Shown here piece by piece: positions 1 through 9,195 of a stretch of 64,000 nucleotides of DNA. Source of the stretch: a virus; IMG/VR virus record IMGVR_UViG_3300035670_000110, positions 24,609 through 88,608 of that record. One strand, given 5' to 3'. Positions within the stretch are counted from its first letter, which is position 1. Each line of letters starts with the position of its first letter. A model generated the notes under the pieces. That model was not told the origin of the DNA, did no database searches, and worked only from the letters and a program-made list of their open reading frames with translations. The position numbers were made by a program, and so were the translations under genes.

Positions 1-2726
1 GTAACAAACTCTGGAATATTAAGGTACTCATAAAGGTGCTCTCTTTCATTTCCAGTCCTGGGGTTATCGGGAAAAGCGGCTCCACCTATTTTATTCAGGG
101 CATCCACGGCCCTGCTGTTAACCCCAGAACCCTTCTTTGTTGTAAATTGTATAAATTCTTGATAAGAGTTAAACGGTCTAGCCGCGATTATCTTTTTTGC
201 GATTCCCTCTGAAATAAATTTTATGTTTCCTAGACCAAACCTAATCGCATCCCCTTCTAGGGTAAAGTCTTCTCCAGATTCATTAATGTGGGGGAGCCTA
301 ATTTTTATGTTCATTCTTTTTGCTTCAATTAGGTAGTCTGTTCTTTTATCCTTGTCCCCCTCATTTTTCATAAGAGAAAACATAAACTCTACGGGATAAT
401 ATTTCTTTAACCATGCCGTCCAGTAAGAGAGCGTAGAGTATGCGACAGCATGACTCTTATTAAACGAGTAACCTGCATGAGCCTCAAACTGGTGCCATAG
501 ATTTTCTGCGGCTTCCTTTGAAATGTGCCGTGAAGCGCCAGCAATAAATTTATCCTTGAACTGGTCGAATTCTTTTGCATCCTTCTTCTTTCCAATAATT
601 TTACGGACTTTATCCGCCTCAGCCATGGTCATTCCACCAAGACTTACACATGCCTGCATGACTTGCTCTTGGTAAAGAATACATCCATAAGTATCTTCAG
701 TAAACTCTTTCATTATGGGGTGAACATATGATACTGCCTGACGCCCCTTCTTTCTTTTGATATAGTCTGCGCCAATAGTGTTCATTGCTCCCGGTCTTAC
801 TAGAGCATTAGACGCTGCTAATTCATCCATGCTGCTTACACCCATCTTTATCAAAAGATTAGTGTAGGGCACCGCTTCTGCCTGGAATACCCCTTTTGTA
901 AATCCAGCAGATAAATCTGCATAAATCTCTGGATCATCTAACGGAATGGAAGACAGGTCTATATCTATTTCACGCCTTTCTTTTACATTCTTGATGGTAT
1001 CTTGTATTACTGTTAGGGTTTTTAATCCCAAAGCATCAATTTTAATTAGACCAATCTCTGCTGCCTGATCCATGTCCACAGCAACAACAGGAATTCTATT
1101 GTCACTTTGAGTATCTTTTCTAGTTTCCATAGGAGCATATTTAGATATTTCTGTCTTGGACGTTACAATTCCAGCCGCGTGCAGCCCTGTTCCACGGATT
1201 CTTCCCCTAAGCCTATCTGCGTACTCAACAACTTCAGGGTATCTGTCTCTGAATTCTTTGGCCCCAGGGGTTTTAATAAATTCCTCCCAGGTCTCTATAC
1301 CCTTCAGTGCTTTATTTACTTCTGTAAGAGGGATGTTAAAGGCTCTTGCAACGTCTCTTACGACTCCTTTGTCCCGGAATGTATTAAAGGTGGCGATAGA
1401 GGCAACGTGCTTATATTCTTTTACAAGATAGTCTTTCACCTCACCACGGCGGCGGTCCTCATAATCTGTATCGATATCAGGGAAATCGTTTCTCTCAGGG
1501 TTGATGAATCTGAAGAAAAGAAGTCCGTATTTTATTGGGTCTATATCAGTTATCTCAAGTGCGTAGCAGACCAGACTTCCCGCAGCAGAGCCTCTACCTG
1601 GCCCCACCAAAATATTCTGAGATTTTGCCCAAGAAATCATATTCGATACAACAAGAAAGTAAGATGAGAAGTTCTTCTCTTTGATGATCTCTAACTCTTC
1701 TTTTGCTCTCTCCAGATATTCAGGCTTTATGAGATCCCTTTTTCTCAGTCCGTCCATAACCAATTGCTTAAGTTCTGAGTGTGGATCACTGTGGCTTACT
1801 GGTAGTAGATCTACTGCACTTTTAATATCATATCTACCGATCTTTTCAGATATCTCTACGCTATTCTGATAAATATCTTCACGATCTATTCCCTGGGCCA
1901 GCATCCGATCTTTCACATCGGAATAATTCATAAGCCAAATATCTAAATCTTTAAAGGACATTTGCCTATCTCCGTAAAGATAGTCCAGTCTTTCCATCAG
2001 ATCTTTAATCTTTCGGCTTTTACCAAACTCTACTTCTTTAGAAATTTTAGGATGAGTTCCAAGGATAAGCATGATCTCTTCTGCCACCCTATCTTCTGGA
2101 GAAGCATAGTGACAGTCTAGGGTTACTACGGGCTTAATATTTTGACTATCAGCCAAGAGAAGAAGAGAGCGATTGAGGTGTGAAGGATTATGTGGCTGAA
2201 TCTCAATGTAAAAATCTTCTCCGAAAACATCTCTAAACCATCCAGCGTATTGTCTAGCAAGTTCTTCATTACCGTTCTCCAATGCTTTAGCAATTATTCC
2301 ATTCATACATCCAGATAAAACTATAAGTCCCTCTCTGTTTACCTCCAACATCTCAAAGTCGGTTCTTGGCTTTACGAAAAATCCATTTTCCCAGGCATCC
2401 TCAGAGAGTTTATTGAGATTATGAAGACCCGTGTCGTTTTTTGCAAGAACAATCAGGTGATTATAAATCTGATCGTCGGGGGTTCTTTCTTTCTTAGATC
2501 TCTTATCCATTCTATCTGTGGTGAAATAAGCCTCCAGTCCAAGAATGGGCTTTATATTATTTTCATTAGCCGCCTTGACTAGATCTCTATGTCCACTCAG
2601 TGTTCCGTGATCTGTTATAGAAAGTGCAGACATTCCTATCTCTGCTGCTCTTTTAATTAACTCTTCCGGGGAAGAGTATCCATCTAGAAGACTATAATAT
2701 GAATGTGAATGATGATTATGAAACAT
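1..2726 (-). CDS. dnaE: DNA polymerase III alpha subunit (DnaE-type, PHP + Pol3 domains), 3' end truncated by the window edge
   Basis: Not in the ORF track. Reading the minus strand from ATG at 2726 (GGAGAG SD) gives MFHNHHSHSYYSLLDGYSSPEELIKRAAEIGMSALSITDHG. Later motifs are GPGRGSAAGSLVCY, FPDIDTD, KIDALGL, GVFQ, RPG and YSFNKSHAVAY. The same frame reads sensibly at base 1 (HLYEYLNIPEF). Confidence 0.96.
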   Translation of the reverse strand, partial: MFHNHHSHSYYSLLDGYSSPEELIKRAAEIGMSALSITDHGTLSGHRDLVKAANENNIKPILGLEAYFTTDRMDKRSKKERTPDDQIYNHLIVLAKNDTGLHNLNKLSEDAWENGFFVKPRTDFEMLEVNREGLIVLSGCMNGIIAKALENGNEELARQYAGWFRDVFGEDFYIEIQPHNPSHLNRSLLLLADSQNIKPVVTLDCHYASPEDRVAEEIMLILGTHPKISKEVEFGKSRKIKDLMERLDYLYGDRQMSFKDLDIWLMNYSDVKDRMLAQGIDREDIYQNSVEISEKIGRYDIKSAVDLLPVSHSDPHSELKQLVMDGLRKRDLIKPEYLERAKEELEIIKEKNFSSYFLVVSNMISWAKSQNILVGPGRGSAAGSLVCYALEITDIDPIKYGLLFFRFINPERNDFPDIDTDYEDRRRGEVKDYLVKEYKHVASIATFNTFRDKGVVRDVARAFNIPLTEVNKALKGIETWEEFIKTPGAKEFRDRYPEVVEYADRLRGRIRGTGLHAAGIVTSKTEISKYAPMETRKDTQSDNRIPVVAVDMDQAAEIGLIKIDALGLKTLTVIQDTIKNVKERREIDIDLSSIPLDDPEIYADLSAGFTKGVFQAEAVPYTNLLIKMGVSSMDELAASNALVRPGAMNTIGADYIKRKKGRQAVSYVHPIMKEFTEDTYGCILYQEQVMQACVSLGGMTMAEADKVRKIIGKKKDAKEFDQFKDKFIAGASRHISKEAAENLWHQFEAHAGYSFNKSHAVAYSTLSYWTAWLKKYYPVEFMFSLMKNEGDKDKRTDYLIEAKRMNIKIRLPHINESGEDFTLEGDAIRFGLGNIKFISEGIAKKIIAARPFNSYQEFIQFTTKKGSGVNSRAVDALNKIGGAAFPDNPRTGNEREHLYEYLNIPEFV

Positions 2727-2739
2727 TTCTCTCCAATAA

Positions 2740-2776
2740 TGAGTAAGCAGTAGGAGTATATCCTACTGCCCACCCA
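2740..2776 (-). terminator. 16-bp stem hairpin between ssb and dnaE (weak terminator or processing site)
   Basis: Minus strand TGGGTGGGCAGTAGGA-TATAC-TCCTACTGCTTACTCA (some G-U pairs), followed by TTATT and the dnaE SD. Confidence 0.55.
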
Positions 2777-2789
2777 ACAATCAAAATTT

Positions 2790-3443
2790 TTACCAATCTA
2801 CTGAGGTTGATGAAGTTGTATCTACGTCGGCACCCATGTAGAATGCCTCTTGATCTGGATAGGTTACACTGCGAACGGCAACCTTTTCTAGTTCATAAGG
2901 CTCAACACCGGACCAGTCATAATTATCTGTATCTGGTGCTAGGGGGATAAGTGTATAACTTGTCTGAGTCCCCGTGCCAGATCTCTTAAGACGCCATTGT
3001 AGATTTGTTATAGATTGAGTGTCGCCAGCATATTCGATAAGAATGTTCGTGGCTGGTGACTTTTGTCCAACTCCCTGAGACCATACGGCGACATACTGAT
3101 CTGTTCCGTCATCTACTAGAACATTAGTATAGAAACGCAGGCGGGCCTTCCAGCCAGCCTTGGGGTCCTTTCGATGCATCTCACATCCGAAGCATCGGCC
3201 CTCATCATCAAGGCTGCAAAGACCCTTGCGACGGTAATCCTTTGGATTTGTATGTTCTGCTACGACAATAGCAAGCCCACGACTCTTATCATAATGAGGT
3301 GAATCGGGATCTAGTTCATTGACAAATCTAATCTTTACGCTCTGACCATCTTCTAACTTAAGCCAGCGAGCGCGGCTGCCCTCCTCAACTTGGGGGCGCT
3401 CCATCTTACTCTTAATATTCTTTAATCCTGTAATAACTGACAT
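2790..3443 (-). CDS. Single-stranded DNA-binding protein (gp32-like, Zn-binding)
   Basis: WLKLEDGQSVKIRF, an H..C..C..C cluster, LKRSGTGTQTSYTL and an acidic tail ending SVDW; lies between primase and dnaE. Start moved from 3521 to the ATG at 3443, which has an AGGAG SD. Confidence 0.8.
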   Translation of the reverse strand: MSVITGLKNIKSKMERPQVEEGSRARWLKLEDGQSVKIRFVNELDPDSPHYDKSRGLAIVVAEHTNPKDYRRKGLCSLDDEGRCFGCEMHRKDPKAGWKARLRFYTNVLVDDGTDQYVAVWSQGVGQKSPATNILIEYAGDTQSITNLQWRLKRSGTGTQTSYTLIPLAPDTDNYDWSGVEPYELEKVAVRSVTYPDQEAFYMGADVDTTSSTSVDW

Positions 3444-3492
3444 TTTATTTCTCCTAAAAGTATTTAACCCTATAGATGGGCCGATTCTTATA

Positions 3493-4440
3493 TTATACAG
3501 GTAATGTAAACTTATTTCCAATATCTTTAAATATATCCGATAACTCTTCGTCTGAGTGATCGCCTACATCTTTTCCTCCGGGCAATCTTACTACATTTAC
3601 CACCCTATTATCAATATTATCTTTTATTTTATCTTCTAGTCTTTTCCCGGCATCATCATTGTCGGGACAAATGGTTATACTATTTGCATAATTTGATAAA
3701 AGTTTTATCTGGTTCCTGCTAATTGTCGCTCCAAGAGTTGCTACAGAATTAATCCCCAACTGCCATAGCCTTATGGCATCAAACGAGGACTCAACGACGA
3801 CCAAATCTTTTCTCTTTGAATTATTCAGATTGAAAAGAATATGCTTTTTCGGTAGCCCTGTGCTGTTTTTAAAAACCTTACCTTCTACAGATCTTCCTAC
3901 GAACCCAACACAAATATTGTTTACATCAAAAACAGGCACTGTAACCATGTCCTGATTAATTGAATATCCTAGTAAAAGTTCCTTCTGAGCATTATCAAAT
4001 ATGTTTCTGCTATAAAAATATTCTCTTCCCCTGGAACTATTTATAAGATTACTATGAAGGTTATTAATCATCCCCATATCAAACGGTTTAATTTCCTTGG
4101 GCCTATCAACTATTTCAATGATTTGTTTTTCTATATCAACATCTATTTTATAAGAATTAACCAGCCTTACCGCTTCAAAGTACGTTCTATTGGTTATCCT
4201 CATAACCATATCTATGAGGCTACCCGACTCTCCGCAAGAAAAGCATATAAACATGCCACTGCTTTTATCTATTTCACACGCTGGAGTATTGATGTTGTAA
4301 TGAAAGGGGCAGAATAAAAGAAAATGCGAGTCAATCTCTCCGCCTATTTTTACTGAACAATTATTTAGTACTGAGTATATTTGTCCCTCTGTGAATTGTC
4401 CATTGGAATAAGTCTGGTTCCACTTACTGCTAGATAGCAT
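3493..4440 (-). CDS. dnaG: DNA primase (CHC2 zinc finger + TOPRIM)
   Basis: CPFH...CFSC zinc finger, VVVESSFDAI, ATLGA, CPDNDDAG, KDVGD. Confidence 0.92.
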   Translation of the reverse strand: MLSSSKWNQTYSNGQFTEGQIYSVLNNCSVKIGGEIDSHFLLFCPFHYNINTPACEIDKSSGMFICFSCGESGSLIDMVMRITNRTYFEAVRLVNSYKIDVDIEKQIIEIVDRPKEIKPFDMGMINNLHSNLINSSRGREYFYSRNIFDNAQKELLLGYSINQDMVTVPVFDVNNICVGFVGRSVEGKVFKNSTGLPKKHILFNLNNSKRKDLVVVESSFDAIRLWQLGINSVATLGATISRNQIKLLSNYANSITICPDNDDAGKRLEDKIKDNIDNRVVNVVRLPGGKDVGDHSDEELSDIFKDIGNKFTLPV

Positions 4441-4679
4441 TTAGCCTTTGCCTTTCCAATAAAAACACCGTATATGGTCAATAAAAATTTATATTTATCG
4501 TTATCATATTCTAGACTAAATGCGGGATCTATGTCAAGATGCGGGACGTATCCCTGAGATCTCATAAGGTCTACTAAAATAATTTCATATCTTTCTCTTA
4601 CTTTTAAGATTACTGAATCGTCTTCGATGATTCCATCGATATGAAATTCTTTTATTTTTTTATGACCAACATAGTCCAC
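4365..4679 (-). CDS. Hypothetical protein in the replication module
   Basis: 104-aa ORF with GTG start, co-oriented between dnaB and dnaG; TATAAT ends 7 nt upstream of the start. Confidence 0.7.
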   Translation of the reverse strand: MDYVGHKKIKEFHIDGIIEDDSVILKVRERYEIILVDLMRSQGYVPHLDIDPAFSLEYDNDKYKFLLTIYGVFIGKAKAKCYLAVSGTRLIPMDNSQRDKYTQY

Positions 4680-4700
4680 ATAGACTATTATATAAGTTTA

Positions 4701-5924
4701 TCAGTTAACAATATCTATTATTTCTTTAAATATTCCTTTATCAAAATCTATTTCTAGATAGAAGTCTCCATTATAACCGTTCCTATTTTTCCTAAAAGCA
4801 CACTCAAGAACATCTGAGTTTTGCTTCCTACCCATTGCTAAAAGGAAATCTGCGTCATAGGCTATCTGTCTAGACCAGGCGACCTGTCCTAACTGCGGAA
4901 CAGACTCAAGATCTGAAGCATCATCCGGGGTAGCAGAAGCAATAGCAACAATTGGTATTTGCTGAGATATTGCAAGAAGTTTCAATTCTCTAGATAGGTT
5001 TTTAATTTTCACAGTCTCATTAGCAGAAGTTGATGAATTATCTGTCATTAATTGAAGATAGTCTACTATAACTATATCTGGCTTGTACTGATCAATTTTG
5101 GAGCCTATGAGGTTTGGGGTCATTTCTGAACCAGTGTCATTAGAAATAATCTTGAATGGGGGCCTATTGTCTAGGTTCTTCTCAGCCCATAATTTAAATT
5201 CTGAATCATTGATTCTTCCTGCACTGAGCGCTCTATGAGAAAAGAATCCATCAGCAATGATGGTAAAGATTCTATTCCTAACCTCGTGCTCTGTCATCTC
5301 TAGACTAATAATCATTGGCTTATGACCGTTTTTCCATGCTTGTACAGCAAAGTATAATGCTAGCCAAGACTTTCCAATGGCTGGATAGGCAAGAAGAATT
5401 CCCAACTGCCCCTTAGAAATACCCATAGGTAGACAAACGTCGAACGCTGCTATTCCAGTTTTAATTCCAACATTACCATTCTCAGCAGCCTTTCTAGTTT
5501 GTTCAAAATAAGATAATGCATTCTCAACATCGGTGACATCTAGATCTCTTACCCTGGCGCCCACCCTAGAAATCTTCGTTATATCGTAATTTAGATCAGC
5601 CAGCGCCTTTGCAGACTCATTATTATTAATAGTCTGGGCGGCTTTTCTTAAAGCATTTCTTAGCGATTCATCTAAAAATGCTTGACGTAGTTTATTTACA
5701 TGATAAATTGTTGGGCCTGAATCTACTGGATCAAAATCTTTAAATCTAGTAGAGATTAAATCTGAATCGGGAACCTGATGTGTTTGATCATAGTAGTCTT
5801 TGATAAATCCCCATATATCTGAACAGTCTTTTATTAATTCATCTGCGTTATTATCAAACAGGATGTGAATATCCTTATTCTTACAGACAGAAGAAATAAC
5901 CTCTACTTCTTCATTAAATGCCAT
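4701..5924 (-). CDS. dnaB: Replicative DnaB-like helicase
   Basis: Walker A AYPAIGKS, ISLEM, Walker B IVIVDYLQLM, LSRELKLLA, SRQIAYDAD, KNRNG. Confidence 0.95.
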   Translation of the reverse strand: MAFNEEVEVISSVCKNKDIHILFDNNADELIKDCSDIWGFIKDYYDQTHQVPDSDLISTRFKDFDPVDSGPTIYHVNKLRQAFLDESLRNALRKAAQTINNNESAKALADLNYDITKISRVGARVRDLDVTDVENALSYFEQTRKAAENGNVGIKTGIAAFDVCLPMGISKGQLGILLAYPAIGKSWLALYFAVQAWKNGHKPMIISLEMTEHEVRNRIFTIIADGFFSHRALSAGRINDSEFKLWAEKNLDNRPPFKIISNDTGSEMTPNLIGSKIDQYKPDIVIVDYLQLMTDNSSTSANETVKIKNLSRELKLLAISQQIPIVAIASATPDDASDLESVPQLGQVAWSRQIAYDADFLLAMGRKQNSDVLECAFRKNRNGYNGDFYLEIDFDKGIFKEIIDIVN

Positions 5925-6249
5925 TCAAATACTCCGCTCGCAACTCTTGAGTCCTTCTTCTTTGCTCTTCTCTAATCTTAGCATCCTTCTCTGAGTCTAG
6001 TCTAGAAGAATGCAGTGATGAGTAATTGTTGAAAAACCAGTTAAGGGGGTGACCATCTTTAGTTAATCTAAAATAGTATTGAAGGGTTTTATTTACCTCT
6101 TCTTGTCCAAAATCTTCCACCAGGGAAATCATCGCCCACTTTTCTTTATATTTATTAATAAGAGGGGGAATTCCATATCTTTGCTTATATAGGCAGATAT
6201 AGTCTGATATAAGTGTATATGCTGCAGTTTCTGCCTTACTTTTTGCCAC
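5914..6249 (-). CDS. Hypothetical protein (possible helicase-loader-like)
   Basis: 111-aa helical ORF overlapping the dnaB start; function inferred from position only. Confidence 0.65.
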   Translation of the reverse strand: MAKSKAETAAYTLISDYICLYKQRYGIPPLINKYKEKWAMISLVEDFGQEEVNKTLQYYFRLTKDGHPLNWFFNNYSSLHSSRLDSEKDAKIREEQRRRTQELRAEYLNGI

Positions 6250-6454
6250 TTACATCTTCCTCAATAGCCTGGACCTTTTCAATTAGTTTATTCTCCACAA
6301 ACTCATAAACCCTATCCATTGCCTGGGATACACTCTCATCCTTACGAACATAATCTTCAACGCCCAAGTCAACGTGGATCGATTCATAATTACCGATGTT
6401 TCTTACGAATTTTAACCCGACCTTCACTCTGGTCAGGTTCATCTCCTGGCTCAT
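6236..6454 (-). CDS. Hypothetical protein
   Basis: 72 aa, GGAGG SD, RNIGNYESIHVDLG motif typical of small conserved phage proteins. Confidence 0.7.
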   Translation of the reverse strand: MSQEMNLTRVKVGLKFVRNIGNYESIHVDLGVEDYVRKDESVSQAMDRVYEFVENKLIEKVQAIEEDVSGKK

Positions 6455-6731
6455 CTAATACCTCCAATGCTGAAAATCCAAATTGTGATGGCTTTTTCTC
6501 TTCCTCTTCTTCTTCTCCAGATAGAAATCTGGCTAAATCATACCACGCATCAGCAACTTTAAGCAAAAGTTCTGCATCTCCCTTTTCTTTTGCTATATCG
6601 CCAGCACGCAAAAGATTTATTGATGATGCCAAAAGAGCACTTTCACTGCAAATAACCTCACCAATAAAATCAATTAACTCGTCTTCTTCAGTTTTCTTTT
6701 TCTTTGGCATTAGAAATCTATTGTCCTCCAA
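6390..6731 (-). CDS. Hypothetical acidic protein
   Basis: Co-oriented ORF in a tightly packed operon; likely true start is MPKKK at 6710. Confidence 0.55.
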   Translation of the reverse strand: MEDNRFLMPKKKKTEEDELIDFIGEVICSESALLASSINLLRAGDIAKEKGDAELLLKVADAWYDLARFLSGEEEEEEKKPSQFGFSALEVLDEPGDEPDQSEGRVKIRKKHR

Positions 6732-7246
6732 ACGGGAATAAATTCGCCCTTTTCATTTTGCACATAGAGTACGTCTCTTCTTCCAAGTTTAGCGTCAACT
6801 TCTTCTTTTGTCACGGTTCTTTTTTTTAAAGGAGTTATTGACCCGTCTTTTCTTGGTCTACCGTAATGTACATTGGCAAAATAATCCTGTATGTCTAATA
6901 TATCATCTTCATTAAAATAAAATTTTCCATTAGGCCCAGATCTTTGTGGATTTTTTAAATTTCCCTCATTAATTGCAATCCTTATTCTTTCTGGATGCCT
7001 GTTGACCATTTTTGCAACCTCGTTTATAAGATATGCTTTTTGAAAATGTTTTTTCATTGATTTATAAGGATATCTTATAATTTTATCTTGAATATAGTTA
7101 AAGGTAGTGCAAACGTCAGCCGGTTTATTTATATGAACAATATGATGGAGTTCTCCGTTTATGAAAACTTTTCTCCTTGCCCTTGGAGTTTTTAGAACCC
7201 CATATCTTTCCCTGTAAGATAAAGGGTCTCCGTTTTCATTATCCAT
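6710..7246 (-). CDS. DNA-binding protein (MerR/excisionase-like winged HTH)
   Basis: YLINEVAKMVNRHPERIR..I.EG...P.R...FYFNEDDI HTH-wing pattern, followed by GRPRK. Confidence 0.7.
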   Translation of the reverse strand: MDNENGDPLSYRERYGVLKTPRARRKVFINGELHHIVHINKPADVCTTFNYIQDKIIRYPYKSMKKHFQKAYLINEVAKMVNRHPERIRIAINEGNLKNPQRSGPNGKFYFNEDDILDIQDYFANVHYGRPRKDGSITPLKKRTVTKEEVDAKLGRRDVLYVQNEKGEFIPVWRTIDF

Positions 7247-7383
7247 CTTCCAAATCCTCCAAATTTTTCAGGATATCTTAATGGCCATCTTTTACCACAT
7301 CTTAAGCAGTATAATTCTATATGAACATCTGAATTTAATGTTCTATCAACCATCACCTTGCCGCGACATTTTTTACAGTGCAT
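7192..7383 (-). CDS. Small zinc-ribbon protein
   Basis: CKKC...CLRCG. Confidence 0.7.
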   Translation of the reverse strand: MHCKKCRGKVMVDRTLNSDVHIELYCLRCGKRWPLRYPEKFGGFGRWIMKTETLYLTGKDMGF

Positions 7384-8138
7384 TATGCTGTAAAAACCTT
7401 CCCATCAACCACACAAGTGTAGTCGTGGATTTGAATAAGTTGAATATGTGGATAGTCATCTACAACATGGGCAACAGCAAATCCCGCTTGCCAATTCTTT
7501 TGTATAGAGTAATCCATCTTAGACTCATCGCAAAGATGGCCTATCTCATACCCCCTTAGTTCTTGTCCGGTTAAATTATAAGTCTGAAAATATGCGCCCA
7601 TTCTATGTGAATGTCCTCTGACCAAAGAAACACCCCAATTATTCACATCATTTCGGACTGATTCTCCTGAATGCTTAGAGATGGACTCTCCATGATGACC
7701 ATACATGTCTCCAAATCTTTTTATAGGGGGTTCCTGATAAAGATGCCACTCAAAGCCCGAATTAGAATATTCGTACAGTGTGTCTGCCGTCACTAGTTCA
7801 AGGAACTGTGGTGCCTTTTTAGCAAGGTATTCGCCGTGTCTAGTCCAACCGTGATTCCCATCATGAAAATGACAATCAGCGTTAGGTACGATCTTCCTAA
7901 TATCTCTAAGGAACTGTCTTGTTTCACGCACGCCTCCATCTTCTAATGAAATTGACATTTCTAAAGGTTTATCTGCCGCCCACCTACTAGTAGAATCTGC
8001 ATCATCAATGTCCCCAAGCAAATCTACTGCGTCAGGCTTAAACCACTTCATTACTTTAAAAAATAAATCTAACTTTCTTGGATCATGTCTAGGAAAATGC
8101 ACATCAGAGCACATCATCCATTTAAGATCGTTTGTCAT
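7383..8138 (-). CDS. Calcineurin-like metallophosphoesterase
   Basis: SDVH, LGD..D, GNH, HHGE and GHSH motifs in canonical order. Confidence 0.9.
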   Translation of the reverse strand: MTNDLKWMMCSDVHFPRHDPRKLDLFFKVMKWFKPDAVDLLGDIDDADSTSRWAADKPLEMSISLEDGGVRETRQFLRDIRKIVPNADCHFHDGNHGWTRHGEYLAKKAPQFLELVTADTLYEYSNSGFEWHLYQEPPIKRFGDMYGHHGESISKHSGESVRNDVNNWGVSLVRGHSHRMGAYFQTYNLTGQELRGYEIGHLCDESKMDYSIQKNWQAGFAVAHVVDDYPHIQLIQIHDYTCVVDGKVFTA

Positions 8139-8583
8139 TTTTAGCCTTTCTACGGCATTGTTTTGAACAAAAATCCCATAGATGAGATTTTGTTACTGGA
8201 ACAGTATAAATATTACCACACCCGTCGCATATTTTGTCAACCCTTAAGGATTTACAGGTTGAATTACATTTTACTCTTTTTTTAATGATTGATGGAGACC
8301 CATAAAAATTTTTTTTGCAATACTTGCATGTTTTTTTTATCCAATTTGGATGAAGTTTATACATAGAAACATTTTTCATCCCATGCGCTTTATCATGCTC
8401 GCGCCTTGAGCAAATAAATAAATTTTCTATTCTATTATCACTTTTTATTTCATTAATATGATGAACAGTTTCCCAGTTATGTAATAACCTTCCAATATAG
8501 TTCTCCATAATTAAAATGTGTTCGTAATACATTCCATTTATTGCTTTTGGGTGACTGGATTCTATTAATTTGTATCTAGCCAT
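8122..8583 (-). CDS. HNH endonuclease (free-standing homing type) with C-terminal Cys repeats
   Basis: EHILIME..IGR.L...ETVHHINEIKSDNRIENL....EH..H, plus CxxC repeats. Confidence 0.88.
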   Translation of the reverse strand: MARYKLIESSHPKAINGMYYEHILIMENYIGRLLHNWETVHHINEIKSDNRIENLFICSRREHDKAHGMKNVSMYKLHPNWIKKTCKYCKKNFYGSPSIIKKRVKCNSTCKSLRVDKICDGCGNIYTVPVTKSHLWDFCSKQCRRKAKNDKRS

Positions 8584-8588
8584 AATTA

Positions 8589-9038
8589 CTAACTAGATTG
8601 TGGTCCAATCGCAATATAATGTAAACTAATGGCTGTTGGTCTTTCTACAGATCTTAAAAGATCTATTTTAACCGTCATGCCTGTTTTTGTTAAGTTTGTT
8701 ACAGAAACATTGGCGAACTGAATACCTTGACCGGATTTTTCATTTGTTCTTTGATCGACAAGAGTTACACAAACATATGGTGCTATATCAAACCCTACAT
8801 TATTTGGGAAAACAATAGGATCAACCGTAGCGCTATTTGTTTTAACATCGACCCGGACAGAGCCTACGGCTATAACAACCTTATCGTCTTCCTTACGGCC
8901 AATATTATTTCCAAACACCTGAACAATCTGCTTTATCTCATCAGTATAGATGCTGGATGTCGCACGGTTTACTTCACTTATTATTTGATTAAGAAGGTCA
9001 TATGTTATTGGCTGACCATCGCTAATAGGACTAATCAT
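8589..9038 (-). CDS. Putative minor tail protein
   Basis: GQPITYDLLNQI N-terminus and a C-terminal beta module (F..APYV.VT...LHYIAIG) resembling tail-fibre/H-lectin-like domains. Confidence 0.6.
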   Translation of the reverse strand: MISPISDGQPITYDLLNQIISEVNRATSSIYTDEIKQIVQVFGNNIGRKEDDKVVIAVGSVRVDVKTNSATVDPIVFPNNVGFDIAPYVCVTLVDQRTNEKSGQGIQFANVSVTNLTKTGMTVKIDLLRSVERPTAISLHYIAIGPQSS

Positions 9039-9195
9039 CCAACTTGGCCTCTAGTTCAATAATTTTCTTGTCTCTAGCCTGGATTTGCTCAGTCGCCTGA
9101 GCCTTTAAAACGGCCAACTTTGTTTCATAGTCGCTGGTCATCTGACCAATTCTCTGCTGAAGTTCTTGTACTACTAGTTCCAATGTGTTTGACAT
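9031..9195 (-). CDS. 54-aa coiled-coil protein
   Basis: Below the ORF-track cutoff. MSNTLELVVQELQQRIGQMTSDYETKLAVLKAQATEQIQARDKKIIELEAKLDD, with an AGGAGG SD; fills the gap exactly. Confidence 0.8.
   Translation of the reverse strand: MSNTLELVVQELQQRIGQMTSDYETKLAVLKAQATEQIQARDKKIIELEAKLDD

Noticed and set aside
407-1869. ORF-track entries 407..595, 1107..1667, 1156..1431 and 1681..1869
   Set aside because: Off-frame or antisense shadows of dnaE, which the track missed because its stop lies outside the window.
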